NCBI GenBank assembly: GCA_964512685.1
Contig: CAZEJW010000003.1
Span: 3,168 to 67,167 of the forward strand
Source of the DNA: an uncultured Leptospirales bacterium
GTDB lineage: Bacteria; Spirochaetota; UBA4802; UBA5550
Direction of reading: 5' to 3'
Length of the DNA: 64,000 bases
Position numbers and translations under genes: made by a program. This document shows positions 49,164-59,867 of the stretch, in pieces. Numbering within the stretch: the stretch's first letter is position 1; each line of letters starts with the position of its first letter. Under the pieces are notes generated by a model. The model saw only the letters and a list, made by a program, of their open reading frames with translations. It had not been told where the DNA came from and made no database searches.

Positions 49164-49511
49164 TTAGCCAAAGAAACTGCAGAATTCATCCTTCTCAACC
49201 ACTGAGAAAAAATCATCTATTGATTCAACTTCCGGCACAGGTTTATAACTGTGCCATTTCATATCACAAAGCAGGCAATACACCTTCCATACTCCTGTTT
49301 TTTTAATATATGTGGTTTTGGCAATAGAGGTTTCATTTTTTTCTGAGGGATTTTTCCAGTTCGCGCGAATCTCGATTATTTCAACGCTTTGCCCGTAAAT
49401 TCTGTAAGTCAGATCAACCTTATCTCGTATATGTTCAGGAGGCCTTTTTTTTTCGAGAAATTTGTTTCCGGACTTTTCAATTTTTTTTAATTCGTATTCA
49501 CTCAATGCCAT
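49164..49511 (-). CDS. DUF3024 domain-containing protein
   Basis: IEIRANWKNPSEKNETSIAKTTYIKKTGVWKVYCLLCDMKWHSYKP matches my recollection of the DUF3024 pattern. Confidence 0.6.
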   Translation of the reverse strand: MALSEYELKKIEKSGNKFLEKKRPPEHIRDKVDLTYRIYGQSVEIIEIRANWKNPSEKNETSIAKTTYIKKTGVWKVYCLLCDMKWHSYKPVPEVESIDDFFSVVEKDEFCSFFG

Positions 49512-49559
49512 ATAAATATCTTTAATGTTTGTTCAAATAAGAAGGTGTTAGATATAGCG

Positions 49560-50294
49560 TTATTGATGCTTACCCAGTCTTGTAATATGATGAATACTTT
49601 CAACCTGATTTTGTTCAGGAAGAAAATCAAGAGGATTCAGAGGGATATTCCTGTAACGAATTTCAAAATGGAGATGATTCCCTGTGGAATTACCAGTGCA
49701 TCCCACGAGAGCAATAATCTGACCTTTTTTTACGAGCTCACCTTTTTTTACAAGCATTACAGAATTATGAGAATACCTGGTAAAAAAATTGCCCCTGTGT
49801 TCCAGACAAATAGATTTCCCATGTCCTGATGCATAACCCGCGGATATGACTCTGCCGTCTCGTGTTGCAACAATCGGAGTTCCTGCCGGAGCCGGAAGAT
49901 CTACACCTGTATGCAACTGTCCCCATCTCATTCCAAAATGGGATGAGATACGTTCAACCCTGTTCAACGGCCATATATATCGATTCTCCCCGGATTTGAC
50001 GGTTTTGAGCATGGATGAGTCGCTGATAATTTTTTCCCGGTAATCCCCTGAAAAAGGAATAAAGAGGTATGAATTACAGTTCAGACTACCGTTTATTCTT
50101 TTTACTTTGTACAATGTTGACTGATATTTTCTCACAAGATACCTCAGCCTGTTCATTGAACCAGGCATTTCCCATTTACCTGCCGTTCCTCTGTAATGCT
50201 GAATATTATCGTTATCTACCTGAATTTTCTCACCGGCTGTCGCCATTGCGGTGGTAGAAAGTATTATCAATACCGAATAAAGAAACTGTTTCAT
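49560..50294 (-). CDS. M23 family metallopeptidase
   Basis: HTGVDLPAPAGTPIVA (HxxxD) and GNSTGNHLHFEIR (HxH) motifs; signal peptide. Confidence 0.85.
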   Translation of the reverse strand: MKQFLYSVLIILSTTAMATAGEKIQVDNDNIQHYRGTAGKWEMPGSMNRLRYLVRKYQSTLYKVKRINGSLNCNSYLFIPFSGDYREKIISDSSMLKTVKSGENRYIWPLNRVERISSHFGMRWGQLHTGVDLPAPAGTPIVATRDGRVISAGYASGHGKSICLEHRGNFFTRYSHNSVMLVKKGELVKKGQIIALVGCTGNSTGNHLHFEIRYRNIPLNPLDFLPEQNQVESIHHITRLGKHQ

Positions 50295-50493
50295 TATTTG
50301 AAATCCTGGTTAAATAATTGTATATATTTTAAAACTGAGAAGTTGAAATCAGATGAAATAAATTTTTTTAATTAGAACCTAAAACACTATATTGTCAAGT
50401 AAATTTTGAACACTCCAAAAAGATTCAACAAGCCCCTTCACGGAAAGAATATCACTGCCACTATCTTTGTCATATTTATTATTACTACAACTT

Positions 50494-51306
50494 CTATTTA
50501 ATGAGGGAATCAATATAATCAAGAGAATAAGTGTTTTTTATGTGATGTCTTTTAAGGCAAAAATTATCGCGCGTAAGAACATTCGAACCATAATCTGTAG
50601 AAAAAACCCTTCTGTACCCTGAGTCTCTGGCAAGTTCAACTGTTCTTAAATTATAACGACCGTATGGGAATGCAAAAAATATAATTTCCCTGTCAAGATA
50701 CAGTTCGATAATTCTCTTTGACAGATAGAGTTCTCTGTACAACCTGCTTTTAGACTCGATGTCGTTTGCCATTGATATTTCCGAAAGGTCCGGGTGAGAT
50801 ATTGAATGACACTGTATGTCGATCCACTTTGTCATAGTCTGAAGTTTGTCCCAGGTTAAGGATTTTCTGGCTTTTTTATAAATAAAATCAGTATACACGA
50901 AAAGCGTTATTTTATAACCAAACTCTTCTGCAAGAGGAAGCAATTTTGTATACATGGAATTGAAACCATCATCAAAAGTAATAACAATTACACGCTGCTT
51001 AAACGGTAAAGGATTCTCCAGCCTTTCTATCAAATCGCCAAGTGCAATTACTCTGACGCCTCTCTCTTTAAAAAGCTTAAAATGTGATCTAAGGGTTTCA
51101 GACTTCACTGAGAAGACACCTCTTCCGTCAATATTGTGATAAAGAAGTATCGGGATTGAAAAAAGCCTGGTCTTCAACTCCCTTTCCTTTCTATCCCATT
51201 GTCTGGAAGATCCATTAAAGGCTTTCGCTGAATCATTATAGATTAGAAATGAAACAAGAACAGAAAAGCAGAGAATCAAAAGCCCTGCACGGATACCTTT
51301 CATCAA
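50494..51306 (-). CDS. polysaccharide deacetylase (NodB-homology) family protein
   Basis: ITFDDGFNSMY motif plus a later H-containing block (CHSISHPDL); N-terminal TM/signal segment. Confidence 0.8.
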   Translation of the reverse strand: MMKGIRAGLLILCFSVLVSFLIYNDSAKAFNGSSRQWDRKERELKTRLFSIPILLYHNIDGRGVFSVKSETLRSHFKLFKERGVRVIALGDLIERLENPLPFKQRVIVITFDDGFNSMYTKLLPLAEEFGYKITLFVYTDFIYKKARKSLTWDKLQTMTKWIDIQCHSISHPDLSEISMANDIESKSRLYRELYLSKRIIELYLDREIIFFAFPYGRYNLRTVELARDSGYRRVFSTDYGSNVLTRDNFCLKRHHIKNTYSLDYIDSLIK

Positions 51307-51661
51307 GAATGCCCTGAATTTAAATTTCCATTAACCTCCTGAAACCTGCACATGATTACCAGCGGCTAACGGTCTGTAATAATAATTACAGATCAATTTT
51401 AAAATCAAATGTTTTACAGTACTGCCACGGAAAAAAATAATTTAATGTCTTTACAATATAATATTGGATCATTAAATTACTCAAATGAAAAATATATTTT
51501 CTCAGCATTGCAGGAAACAAAGTCGGCGGGTAGAAGAAAACAGATAGTGACAATTCAACAAGGCCTTTATAATCACCAAAATACAGAACAGCCATGAATA
51601 CTCATTGTTGAGAACATAACAAATACACCCCTGAGGGGCAATATTAAAAAAGAGGCATAAA

Positions 51662-52501
51662 ATGATTGAATTTATTAAAATGCATGGAACAGGCAATGAC
51701 TATATATACATTGATGCCACAAAAAATAAAATAAAAAATCCTGAAAAACTGGCAGTTACAATGAGTAACAGAAATTATGGAGTTGGTTCCGACGGAATAA
51801 TTTTGATTCTTAATTCCGATACAGCTGATTTCCAAATGAGGATGTTCAACTCTGACGGGAGCGAAGCAGAGATGTGCGGAAACGGTATCCGTTGCTTTGT
51901 AAAATATGTATATGACCACGGCCTTACAACAAAAAAAGAGCTCGACATTGAAACTCTTGCAGGAATAAAAAAGCTGCACCTTCATACAAAAAACAGCAAA
52001 GTAGACACTGTTATGGTCGATATGGGCGAACCCATACTTCAAAGAGAAAGAATTCCAATGACCGGTGAACCCGGGATGGTTATTGATGAAACCCTTCCAC
52101 TGAATGACGGAGCAAGATTCGAAATAACATCAGTATCAATGGGAAATCCTCATGTTATAATCTTTGTTGAAGATATTGAAAATTTCCCTGTTGCCAAATA
52201 TGGTCCATTGATTGAAAACCATGACCTTTTCCCAAAAAGGACAAATGTTGAATTCGTTCAGATAATCAACTCAAAAGAAGTGATCCAAAGAACCTGGGAG
52301 CGCGGAGCAGGAGAAACCCTTGCATGCGGAACAGGAGCCTCCGCGGTTACAGCAGCCTGTGTACTGAATAAAAAAACAGAGAGGGAAATTCTGATACACC
52401 TAAGAGGTGGCGATCTGGAAACCAGATGGGATGAAGGAACTAATCACATTTTTCTGAGCGGCCCGGCAGTCGAAGTATTCAAAGGCACATGGCAGGAATA
52501 A
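51662..52501 (+). CDS. dapF: diaminopimelate epimerase
   Basis: MHGTGNDYIYID, FNSDGSEAEMCGNGIRC and ACGTGASA active-site Cys blocks; AGAGG RBS. Confidence 0.92.
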   Translation: MIEFIKMHGTGNDYIYIDATKNKIKNPEKLAVTMSNRNYGVGSDGIILILNSDTADFQMRMFNSDGSEAEMCGNGIRCFVKYVYDHGLTTKKELDIETLAGIKKLHLHTKNSKVDTVMVDMGEPILQRERIPMTGEPGMVIDETLPLNDGARFEITSVSMGNPHVIIFVEDIENFPVAKYGPLIENHDLFPKRTNVEFVQIINSKEVIQRTWERGAGETLACGTGASAVTAACVLNKKTEREILIHLRGGDLETRWDEGTNHIFLSGPAVEVFKGTWQE

Positions 52502-52509
52502 ACCTGCCA

Positions 52510-53103
52510 TTAAATATCCTGCCATAATTTTTTATCGGGGAGGCCTTTTTTCATTATCACTACTTCCCGAACACCGGGGATAATTTTCTTCACTGTCATC
52601 TCCACTGCTTCTCTGAATCTAACTTCCGAACCTGGTATAACCCCCACGTCCATTCTAATAAAATCCGGTTCAACATCAATTGCACATATTTTTTCATTAC
52701 TGCCTTTTTCATAGATAAACCATACCTTCCTCACCAGAAGTTCAACCGGAACCAGCATGGAGGTATTCTCAAAATGAGAACCGGATGCAATAGTATTAAA
52801 GATATACTTCACGAGTCTTTCATCCTCTGAAAAACAGGGGATAGATCTTTTTTCTTTAATTATTGTCTTTGCATCAAGAGATGGAAGAAATACCTCTGCT
52901 TCGATCCTCTCTTCGAAAACCGGAATTGTTGGGAATATATCTAATACATTCTTGTCAACATGCACGCTGAAAATCAGATAATCCACTAAAAATATTAAAC
53001 TAAAGAGCAGAATATAAAATCTGTTCCTTTCTTTTTTATCCTCAGGAATTCTTTTCATAAAATTATCCCCGAGCTTTGTTATCTTTTCTAAAACACCCGC
53101 CAT
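52510..53103 (-). CDS. hypothetical membrane-anchored protein (possibly GerMN-like)
   Basis: 197 aa, one TM, directly downstream of the amidase gene; domain call is tentative. Confidence 0.4.
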   Translation of the reverse strand: MAGVLEKITKLGDNFMKRIPEDKKERNRFYILLFSLIFLVDYLIFSVHVDKNVLDIFPTIPVFEERIEAEVFLPSLDAKTIIKEKRSIPCFSEDERLVKYIFNTIASGSHFENTSMLVPVELLVRKVWFIYEKGSNEKICAIDVEPDFIRMDVGVIPGSEVRFREAVEMTVKKIIPGVREVVIMKKGLPDKKLWQDI

Positions 53104-53115
53104 TTGTCCTGCCTC

Positions 53116-54321
53116 TTATCTGGCTCCAATAAGCCTGTTATACTTTTTGATAAAATCTTTTACTCCGTCAGCAATACCTCTTGCAATCTTTTTCTGATAA
53201 TATGCCTTTTTTAAATATCCTGCCTCTTTCCGGTTTGTAATATATCCGGCTTCAACAAGAACGGCAGGCATTAGAGATCCTCTTAGAACAAAAAAATCAG
53301 CTTTTTTCACACCCCTTGATTTAAAGGCCCTGATTTTTCTATCAATACCATTCTGAATTGAGGTTGCCAGCATGGAACTCTCTTTTTGAATCTGAGTAGT
53401 GAGCATCATTGCTTCAACATAATCCACATCATGATATCTTTCTTTGCTTTTCTTTTTATCCTCGAGAACAACAACATTATTTTCGAGAGCTGCTGTATTT
53501 CTTGCTTCCTCGTTTGAAGGGTTCTGAGACAGAAAATACGTCTCAAACCCTGATATTCTGTGAGAAATAGAGGCATTTATATGAACGCTGACAAAAAGTC
53601 CGTTCTTACCTTTTCTCAGCCAGCGGTTGGCCATGTTTGTTCTCTCTGCCAGCTCAATGAAACGGTCATCGGTTCTTGTATGATTTATCGTTATCCCCGT
53701 CATTTCTTTCTCTAGTATTGCACTGAGTTTTTTGGCAATACTAAGAGTGATCGTTTTTTCTTTCAGTCCTCCCCTTCCAATTGCACCGGGATCTTTTCCG
53801 CCGTGCCCTGCATCAATAATGATAAATGAAATCCTGTCTTTTACAGCACTTATATTCCTGTTATCAGAATTTTTTATTATTCCGTTTTGATTTGCTGGAT
53901 GCTTTTTATTCAGATCATCTTTTTTTTCAAGGCATATTTTTTTTATACCTCTCTTAATATTGTAATCAGGATAAAAAGAAGATGCAATCTGCTGAACCAT
54001 CTCTTCAGGGAGATACACAGCCCCATTTTTCCTGAATACAGGCGATGACGACCTGAAAAGCCTGCCATCGATAATCATTACAGAAAAGCCGACACTATAT
54101 ATTGCAAAATGATTCTTCCTGTAAAGTTTACCTCTGCCGGTAATAATATTAAAAGATACCTCCAGATCCAGAAAATGAGCCAGATCTATGACAGATGTAA
54201 AATACTTGCCACAGGATTCCTCAAGAGAGATCTTTTTTTCAAGAGCTGCTCCCTCAGGTAGTGCATAAAACAATAAAACAATAGTCAAAAAGGGAAGAAA
54301 TATCAGCCTACTTTTTCGCAA
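53116..54321 (-). CDS. N-acetylmuramoyl-L-alanine amidase (Amidase_3 / AmiC type)
   Basis: IIIDAGHGGKDPGAIG, VSVHINA and LVEAGYITN blocks; N-terminal signal sequence plus an extra domain. Confidence 0.85.
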   Translation of the reverse strand: MRKSRLIFLPFLTIVLLFYALPEGAALEKKISLEESCGKYFTSVIDLAHFLDLEVSFNIITGRGKLYRKNHFAIYSVGFSVMIIDGRLFRSSSPVFRKNGAVYLPEEMVQQIASSFYPDYNIKRGIKKICLEKKDDLNKKHPANQNGIIKNSDNRNISAVKDRISFIIIDAGHGGKDPGAIGRGGLKEKTITLSIAKKLSAILEKEMTGITINHTRTDDRFIELAERTNMANRWLRKGKNGLFVSVHINASISHRISGFETYFLSQNPSNEEARNTAALENNVVVLEDKKKSKERYHDVDYVEAMMLTTQIQKESSMLATSIQNGIDRKIRAFKSRGVKKADFFVLRGSLMPAVLVEAGYITNRKEAGYLKKAYYQKKIARGIADGVKDFIKKYNRLIGAR

Positions 54322-54895
54322 AATAATACCCGGAATATGTCTTCAGATACAGAATCCCCCCTGTTAAATAAAAAAACAGAACAAGAAAAACAGATAATTG
54401 TTTGATTGTAATTCCTGCAAATGTGCATGAAAGGGAAAGAGTATAAGAAAGTGCACAGAGAGCCATACTTGCAGCTCCAAGTTTACCAAGGATATTAGGC
54501 TTAACCTCTACATCTCTTTTCGAGTAAAGGAAAAAAGATGCAATAAAAACTATCACTTCACGAAGGCATCCAATAATATAGAGCCATAATGGAAGACCCT
54601 TCAGCCATACCATAAAAGCGGCAAGAGTCAGGGCTGATGTTTTATCTGCTACCGGATCCAGAAACTGGCCAAGTCTTGTTACCTGATTAAAGAGTCTGGC
54701 CAGATAACCGTCAAAAAAATCAGAAATTATAATAACCATAAGGCCAGCCAGTTCATAGTACTGGTAATCAGAATCACCAGTCTTGGCTTCCATGTACATA
54801 AAATATGCAATAAATGGCACTGCAATAATTCTTATCACAGTAAGTAAATTTGAAATAGTAAAAACCCTGTCTTGAAATAGTTCTCTTACTTGCAT
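54308..54895 (-). CDS. pgsA: CDP-alcohol phosphatidyltransferase (PgsA-like)
   Basis: DGYLAR-x8-G-x3-D-x3-D motif (DGYLARLFNQVTRLGQFLDPVADK); multiple TM segments. Confidence 0.8.
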   Translation of the reverse strand: MQVRELFQDRVFTISNLLTVIRIIAVPFIAYFMYMEAKTGDSDYQYYELAGLMVIIISDFFDGYLARLFNQVTRLGQFLDPVADKTSALTLAAFMVWLKGLPLWLYIIGCLREVIVFIASFFLYSKRDVEVKPNILGKLGAASMALCALSYTLSLSCTFAGITIKQLSVFLVLFFYLTGGILYLKTYSGYYFAKK

Positions 54896-55251
54896 TTGAT
54901 ATTTCCAGATATTTTGTTAATTAAAGCAGAGAATGCTCTAATTCAGTAAATAATTACGCTGATAGGCGGAGAGCGATAATAGACTGTTCTAATTAATAAT
55001 AATTTAAACCGCCCCATTTAATCGTCAAGATTAATATTTATACATTTATACTGCAACTGATAAATCAGTACCGGTTATTAACAAGAAAAAACTTGAAACA
55101 TTTTGGCCTTTTTACTCTATTGATTATTCAGGGCAAAAAATAATGTACTACAGCAAACCCGGTCACAGACTTCTTCAACTAAAATTTTGAATTCTTCTCA
55201 CTGTGTACCAGCCCTGCTTACGAATAAACAAAACATGAGGAAATACTGAAG

Positions 55252-55965
55252 ATGATAAGGTATCTAAAATTTTTCTTAATAACAATGACTTCATTCGCAC
55301 TGATTTCCGGATGCAGTGTCAAGCAGGATAAGAACAAAGAAAAGAAAGGCAAATCGAGATATGCAATAATTCTTTTTGACGATACAGCAGTCAGAATCGA
55401 CCCGATAATTTTTTCAGCAAAGGTAACTGAACTAAAAAAAGGTCAGGCAGTACAAATAATCAATACTTCAGAGAAAAAAGCATGGGTTGGCGGCAACACC
55501 GGCTACTGGTACAGAATCCGGACAGAACAGGGCTTTTCAGGATGGGTTTTCGAAAGTACATTAAAAAGGCTAAAGCCCGGAAGCAAAACTAAAATAAACG
55601 AATACATTGCAGAATTTTGGGAGGAAGAGTCAAAAAAAGTCATGAATGGAATCGATGGCAAATGGTGGAGCATAAATATTACCGGAGACTTTACAAATCA
55701 CTGTCTTGTGATAACATCAGATGGTAAATATGAATCATATACCCGGGCCGGAGAGGACAACAAAATCGTAGGTGAATATAATTTTAATTTTGAAAACAAC
55801 GAAATTAATTTTCTCAACGATACCTCGTTTAAAAGTAATCTTAAATTCGCAAAAAGAGGAAGTACATACAAACTATACAGAGACAATCGTTTTGCTTTTA
55901 AAAGAATAATCATGAATCAGGACGATCATCAAAAAAAAGGAAAAAATGGAAATAAGACTGAATAA
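55252..55965 (+). CDS. lipoprotein with bacterial SH3-like domain
   Basis: Lipobox L-I-S-G-C; GYWYRIRTEQGFSGWVFES resembles SH3b. Confidence 0.55.
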   Translation: MIRYLKFFLITMTSFALISGCSVKQDKNKEKKGKSRYAIILFDDTAVRIDPIIFSAKVTELKKGQAVQIINTSEKKAWVGGNTGYWYRIRTEQGFSGWVFESTLKRLKPGSKTKINEYIAEFWEEESKKVMNGIDGKWWSINITGDFTNHCLVITSDGKYESYTRAGEDNKIVGEYNFNFENNEINFLNDTSFKSNLKFAKRGSTYKLYRDNRFAFKRIIMNQDDHQKKGKNGNKTE

Positions 55966-56677
55966 ATATCTTGCACAGTGTGGACTGGGTTCGAGACGAA
56001 AAGTTGAGGAACTCATTACAGGTGGCAAAATAAAAATAAACGGAAGAAAGACAAAAATTCTGTCAACAACAGTAAATCCGGAATTTGACATAATTGAATT
56101 TGACGGCAGGGAAATACATCAGATAGCAAACACTTATTATATTATGATGAACAAACCCAAAGGTTATATAACAACCCTCAATGATGAGAAAGGCCGTCCT
56201 ACAGTAATGAATCTTGTACCTGAGAAATACAAAATGGCCGGGGTTTTCCCTATTGGCAGACTTGACAAGGACACAGAAGGATTGCTTCTTCTGACAAATG
56301 ACGGTGACCTGGCCCACAGGCTTAATCATGCCAAATTTAAAGTCACCAAAGAATACCTGACAGAGCTCAACAAAGATCTTGATGAGAAGGACAGGATTAA
56401 AATTGAAAAGGGTGTTTACCTTCATCAACTTGATATCAAAACAAGAAGAGCAAAAATCAGCTTCAACACTGCTAACAGGAAATTTGTTTCAATTATCATT
56501 GATGAAGGCAAAAAAAGACAGATAAGATACACCTTTAAGAATGCTGGATACTCAGTTCAAAACCTGAAGAGGGTATCATACGGGCCATTAAAGCTTTCAG
56601 GGGTCAATAAAGGGAGCATAAGAGAACTCAAGGCAGCTGAAATCAAGAAACTCAAAGCATCTGCAGGCGAATCATAA
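55946..56677 (+). CDS. rRNA pseudouridine synthase (RsuA/RluB family)
   Basis: S4 domain (RLNKYLAQCGLGSRRKVEELI) and catalytic GRLDKDTEGLLLLTNDG. Confidence 0.88.
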   Translation: MEIRLNKYLAQCGLGSRRKVEELITGGKIKINGRKTKILSTTVNPEFDIIEFDGREIHQIANTYYIMMNKPKGYITTLNDEKGRPTVMNLVPEKYKMAGVFPIGRLDKDTEGLLLLTNDGDLAHRLNHAKFKVTKEYLTELNKDLDEKDRIKIEKGVYLHQLDIKTRRAKISFNTANRKFVSIIIDEGKKRQIRYTFKNAGYSVQNLKRVSYGPLKLSGVNKGSIRELKAAEIKKLKASAGES

Positions 56678-57115
56678 TGTGCTGCTTTCAAAGGCTATCT
56701 CAATAAGCCCTTTTCGTCTGTGAAAATAGATTGAATAATCCCCGGCAGCAATCCCGAAGGCGTCAAGCTTAGCTTTAATCTCATTTATTAAAGACTCTGG
56801 ACCTCCGGGAGTACTGCTGTTATTACGATAAAAATATTCCCCTTCTCTGTGCAGGCCTTCAGGAGCAGATTTTTCATTACCAATTATTTCCCTAGGCACA
56901 TTTTCGATGGAACGGGCCCCCAGATAGATTAAGAATCTACCCTTTGACACATCCTGTTCTGTTTCGAGAACCCAGTCTTCCGGAAGATACTGCTTTACCT
57001 GAAGGAGAAGCTGAATAATCTCATAGAGCTGGAAAGAATCAAGGAGAATTCTTTCACCCTTTCTGATGACAAGATCACCATCTATTTCAATTTTCAGCTT
57101 CTGGAAATTGCCCAT
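56672..57115 (-). CDS. hypothetical protein
   Basis: 147-aa ORF with no competing ORF and no recognisable domain. Confidence 0.45.
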   Translation of the reverse strand: MGNFQKLKIEIDGDLVIRKGERILLDSFQLYEIIQLLLQVKQYLPEDWVLETEQDVSKGRFLIYLGARSIENVPREIIGNEKSAPEGLHREGEYFYRNNSSTPGGPESLINEIKAKLDAFGIAAGDYSIYFHRRKGLIEIAFESSTL

Positions 57116-57215
57116 TTAAGAATTGACCCTGCTTTTATTTAATAATAATTCACTTTGAATAATATAAGGATTATAAACCTGCAATTGATATATTCAAGGA
57201 TTATTTGAAGACCAA

Positions 57216-58445
57216 TTACTTAATCCTGTGGACAACAAGTCCGCTCCTCAGTTTTGGCTCAAACCATGTTGACTTTGGAGGCATGATTCCATCACTGTCA
57301 GAAACCTCCATCAATTGTTCCACTGTTGTTGGATACATTGAGAAGGCGACCCTGAAACCGTCTGAATCAACAAGTTTTTCGAGCTCTTTAGTTCCCCTGA
57401 TGCCACCAATAAATGAAATACGATTATCAGTTCTAGGGTCATCAATACCCAACATTGGAGAAAGAACAAATTTTTGAAGGATTGTAACATCGAGACTTTC
57501 AATTGGATCAGAGCTGATATCAAATGATGGAGTGAGTGTATACCACTTTGAATCCAGGTACATTGAGATACTATGGATAGCCGTTGGTTCTTTTTCACCT
57601 GACTCTGTTATTTTGAAATTTTTTGAAATTTCTGTTATAAATTCATCAGAAGATCTTCCATTCAGATCTTTGACAGCCCTGTTGTATGGGAGAATATTGA
57701 GCTGATCATGCGGGAAAATAACAGCCATGAAACTGTTAAACTCTTCATCCCCTGAATAATCCGGATTCATTTCACGCCGATTTACACCAACACTTACAGC
57801 AGATGCTGCCCTGTGATGACCATCTGCAATATACAGAATATCTCCATCGAACGCATTTATAAAAGATTGAGCAAGATCCTTATCCTCAATAATCCTTATA
57901 ATATGACGGACTCCGTCTTCAGCCGTAAAATCATACTCAGGCTCAATCTTCATTGCCTCTTCAAAAATATTTTTTTTACTTCCATCTTCCCTTACAATAA
58001 GAAATACAAGCCCTGTGTTGGCACTCAGTATATCAAGATGCCTTGTTCTGTCTGCTTCCTTGTCTTTTCTTGTTAACTCATGTTTTTTTATTCTGTTTTC
58101 GAGATAATCATCGATACTGACGCATGTCAACAAACCGGTCTGCGCTCTCCCATTCATAACCTGTGTATAAAGATACAATTTTGGCTCTTCATCCTGAACA
58201 AGCACTCCCTCTTCAATAAAACGGTCAAGATTTCTGCACCCCTGCTCATAGACTTCCGGAGAATATATATCAATACCTTCCTCCATTCCAATCTCTGGTT
58301 TGGTTACATGATAAAAACTGTACTTATTGTCGCCTGCAACAGCTCTGGCCTCCTCTGATGAAACAACATCATAGGGCAATTCTGCAACCTTTTCTGCAAG
58401 ACTCCTTTCGGGCCTGATTCCTCGAAATCCTCTGATCTTAGCCAT
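57216..58445 (-). CDS. DUF1015 domain-containing protein
   Basis: 409 aa; N-terminal IRGFRGIRP and central IADGHHR typical of DUF1015. Confidence 0.8.
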   Translation of the reverse strand: MAKIRGFRGIRPERSLAEKVAELPYDVVSSEEARAVAGDNKYSFYHVTKPEIGMEEGIDIYSPEVYEQGCRNLDRFIEEGVLVQDEEPKLYLYTQVMNGRAQTGLLTCVSIDDYLENRIKKHELTRKDKEADRTRHLDILSANTGLVFLIVREDGSKKNIFEEAMKIEPEYDFTAEDGVRHIIRIIEDKDLAQSFINAFDGDILYIADGHHRAASAVSVGVNRREMNPDYSGDEEFNSFMAVIFPHDQLNILPYNRAVKDLNGRSSDEFITEISKNFKITESGEKEPTAIHSISMYLDSKWYTLTPSFDISSDPIESLDVTILQKFVLSPMLGIDDPRTDNRISFIGGIRGTKELEKLVDSDGFRVAFSMYPTTVEQLMEVSDSDGIMPPKSTWFEPKLRSGLVVHRIK

Positions 58446-58479
58446 ATCACCTCTTTTCTATTACAGTATAATGATCACT

Positions 58480-58505
58480 GCCGGATTAAATCCGGCCTGT
58501 TTTTT
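58480..58505 (+). terminator. plus-strand intrinsic-terminator-like element with no upstream plus-strand gene
   Basis: GCCGGAT-TAA-ATCCGGC followed by CTGTTTTTTAC; lies in the divergent DUF1015/serC intergenic region. Confidence 0.4.
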
Positions 58506-58675
58506 ACATTTCTGACTTTTCAGCAGATAATCATTATTCAATAAATGCTGTAAAGATCTTTATTTAAAAATTTCTTAATCTGATTGACATATAGTCTTCC
58601 ATTAATTGTACATTTCATTTATAGAAAACATTCAGCACTTGAATAATATTTTAGATATATTTACAGGAGTAATCG

Positions 58676-59758
58676 ATGACTAGAGTTTATAATTTCTCTG
58701 CCGGACCGGCTGTTCTTCCCGAACCAGTACTCAAAAAAGCTGCTTCCGAACTTGTTGAATACAGGAATACCGGCATGTCTGTAATGGAGATGAGCCACAG
58801 ATCTGAGGATTTTGAGCTGATAATAAATGAAACGGAAAATTGCCTTCGCAGCCTTATGGATATTCCTGAAAACTATAAGATTCTCTTTCTCCAGGGAGGA
58901 GCATACAGCCAGTTTTCTATGATTCCACTGAATCTCTTCCATCAGTCACGAAGATGTGATGCCATAGATACCGGAGCCTGGACAAGTAAAGCAATTGCTG
59001 AAGCAAAAAGATACGGAACAGTAAATGTATTGGCATCTTCAGAAGACAAGAACTATACATATATACCCGGAGTTGATTCATCAAAATTTGATCCTGAGGC
59101 TGACTATTTCCATATATGTTCCAACAACACCATATACGGAACCAGATTTATGAATTTCCCTGACACAGGAAATGTCCCTCTGGTAGTTGACATGTCTTCA
59201 AATATTCTTTCAGAAAAAACAGATGTAAAAAAATGCGGCCTTATCTTTGCAGGTGCCCAAAAAAACATTGGGCCAGCCGGACTAACAATCGTGATAATAA
59301 GAGAAGACCTGATTGGACACGAGATGGAAATTACACCAACGATGTTCAAATATTCAATTCATGCTGAAAACAAATCTCTTTTTAACACTCCTCCTACGTA
59401 TGGAATATACATGGCCATGCTTGTATTTCAGCATCTTATCGGGTCAGGCGGAATAGAGGAAACAGAAAAATCCAACCGTTACAAAGCAGGTTTAATGTAT
59501 GATTTCCTTGATAACTCTGATCTTTTTTCTTCCCCTGTTAATCCTGAAGACAGATCTCTGATGAATATTCCATTTTCTACCGGAAAGGAAGACCTTGATG
59601 CAGACTTTATAAAGCAGGCGGAAAAAAACGGGCTTGTTGCACTGAAAGGCCACAGATCCACAGGGGGGATGAGGGCCAGCATATACAATGCAATGCCTGT
59701 TGAGGGTGTTGAGAAATTAATTACTTTTATGAAGGAATTCGAAAAAAAATATTCTTGA
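58676..59758 (+). CDS. serC: 3-phosphoserine aminotransferase
   Basis: YNFSAGPAVLPEPVL N-terminus, full-length class-V aminotransferase layout; AGGAG RBS. Confidence 0.92.
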   Translation: MTRVYNFSAGPAVLPEPVLKKAASELVEYRNTGMSVMEMSHRSEDFELIINETENCLRSLMDIPENYKILFLQGGAYSQFSMIPLNLFHQSRRCDAIDTGAWTSKAIAEAKRYGTVNVLASSEDKNYTYIPGVDSSKFDPEADYFHICSNNTIYGTRFMNFPDTGNVPLVVDMSSNILSEKTDVKKCGLIFAGAQKNIGPAGLTIVIIREDLIGHEMEITPTMFKYSIHAENKSLFNTPPTYGIYMAMLVFQHLIGSGGIEETEKSNRYKAGLMYDFLDNSDLFSSPVNPEDRSLMNIPFSTGKEDLDADFIKQAEKNGLVALKGHRSTGGMRASIYNAMPVEGVEKLITFMKEFEKKYS

Positions 59759-59837
59759 AAAATTTCATACAGAAAAAATACTGGTCATATAATTCAGTAA
59801 TAGTCCGGTCATTATATGGCTGGTTGATATAAATAGA

Positions 59838-59867
59838 AGGGAACACATTTTGTGTTCCCTTTTTGTT
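59838..59867 (+). terminator. rho-independent terminator after serC
   Basis: AGGGAACAC-ATTTT-GTGTTCCCT followed by TTTTGTT. Confidence 0.85.

Noticed and set aside
51307-51661. Possible lysine (L-box) riboswitch upstream of dapF
   Set aside because: No L-box conserved segments or multi-helix junction are recognisable. Only a tiny CCCC-TGA-GGGG hairpin lies near the RBS.
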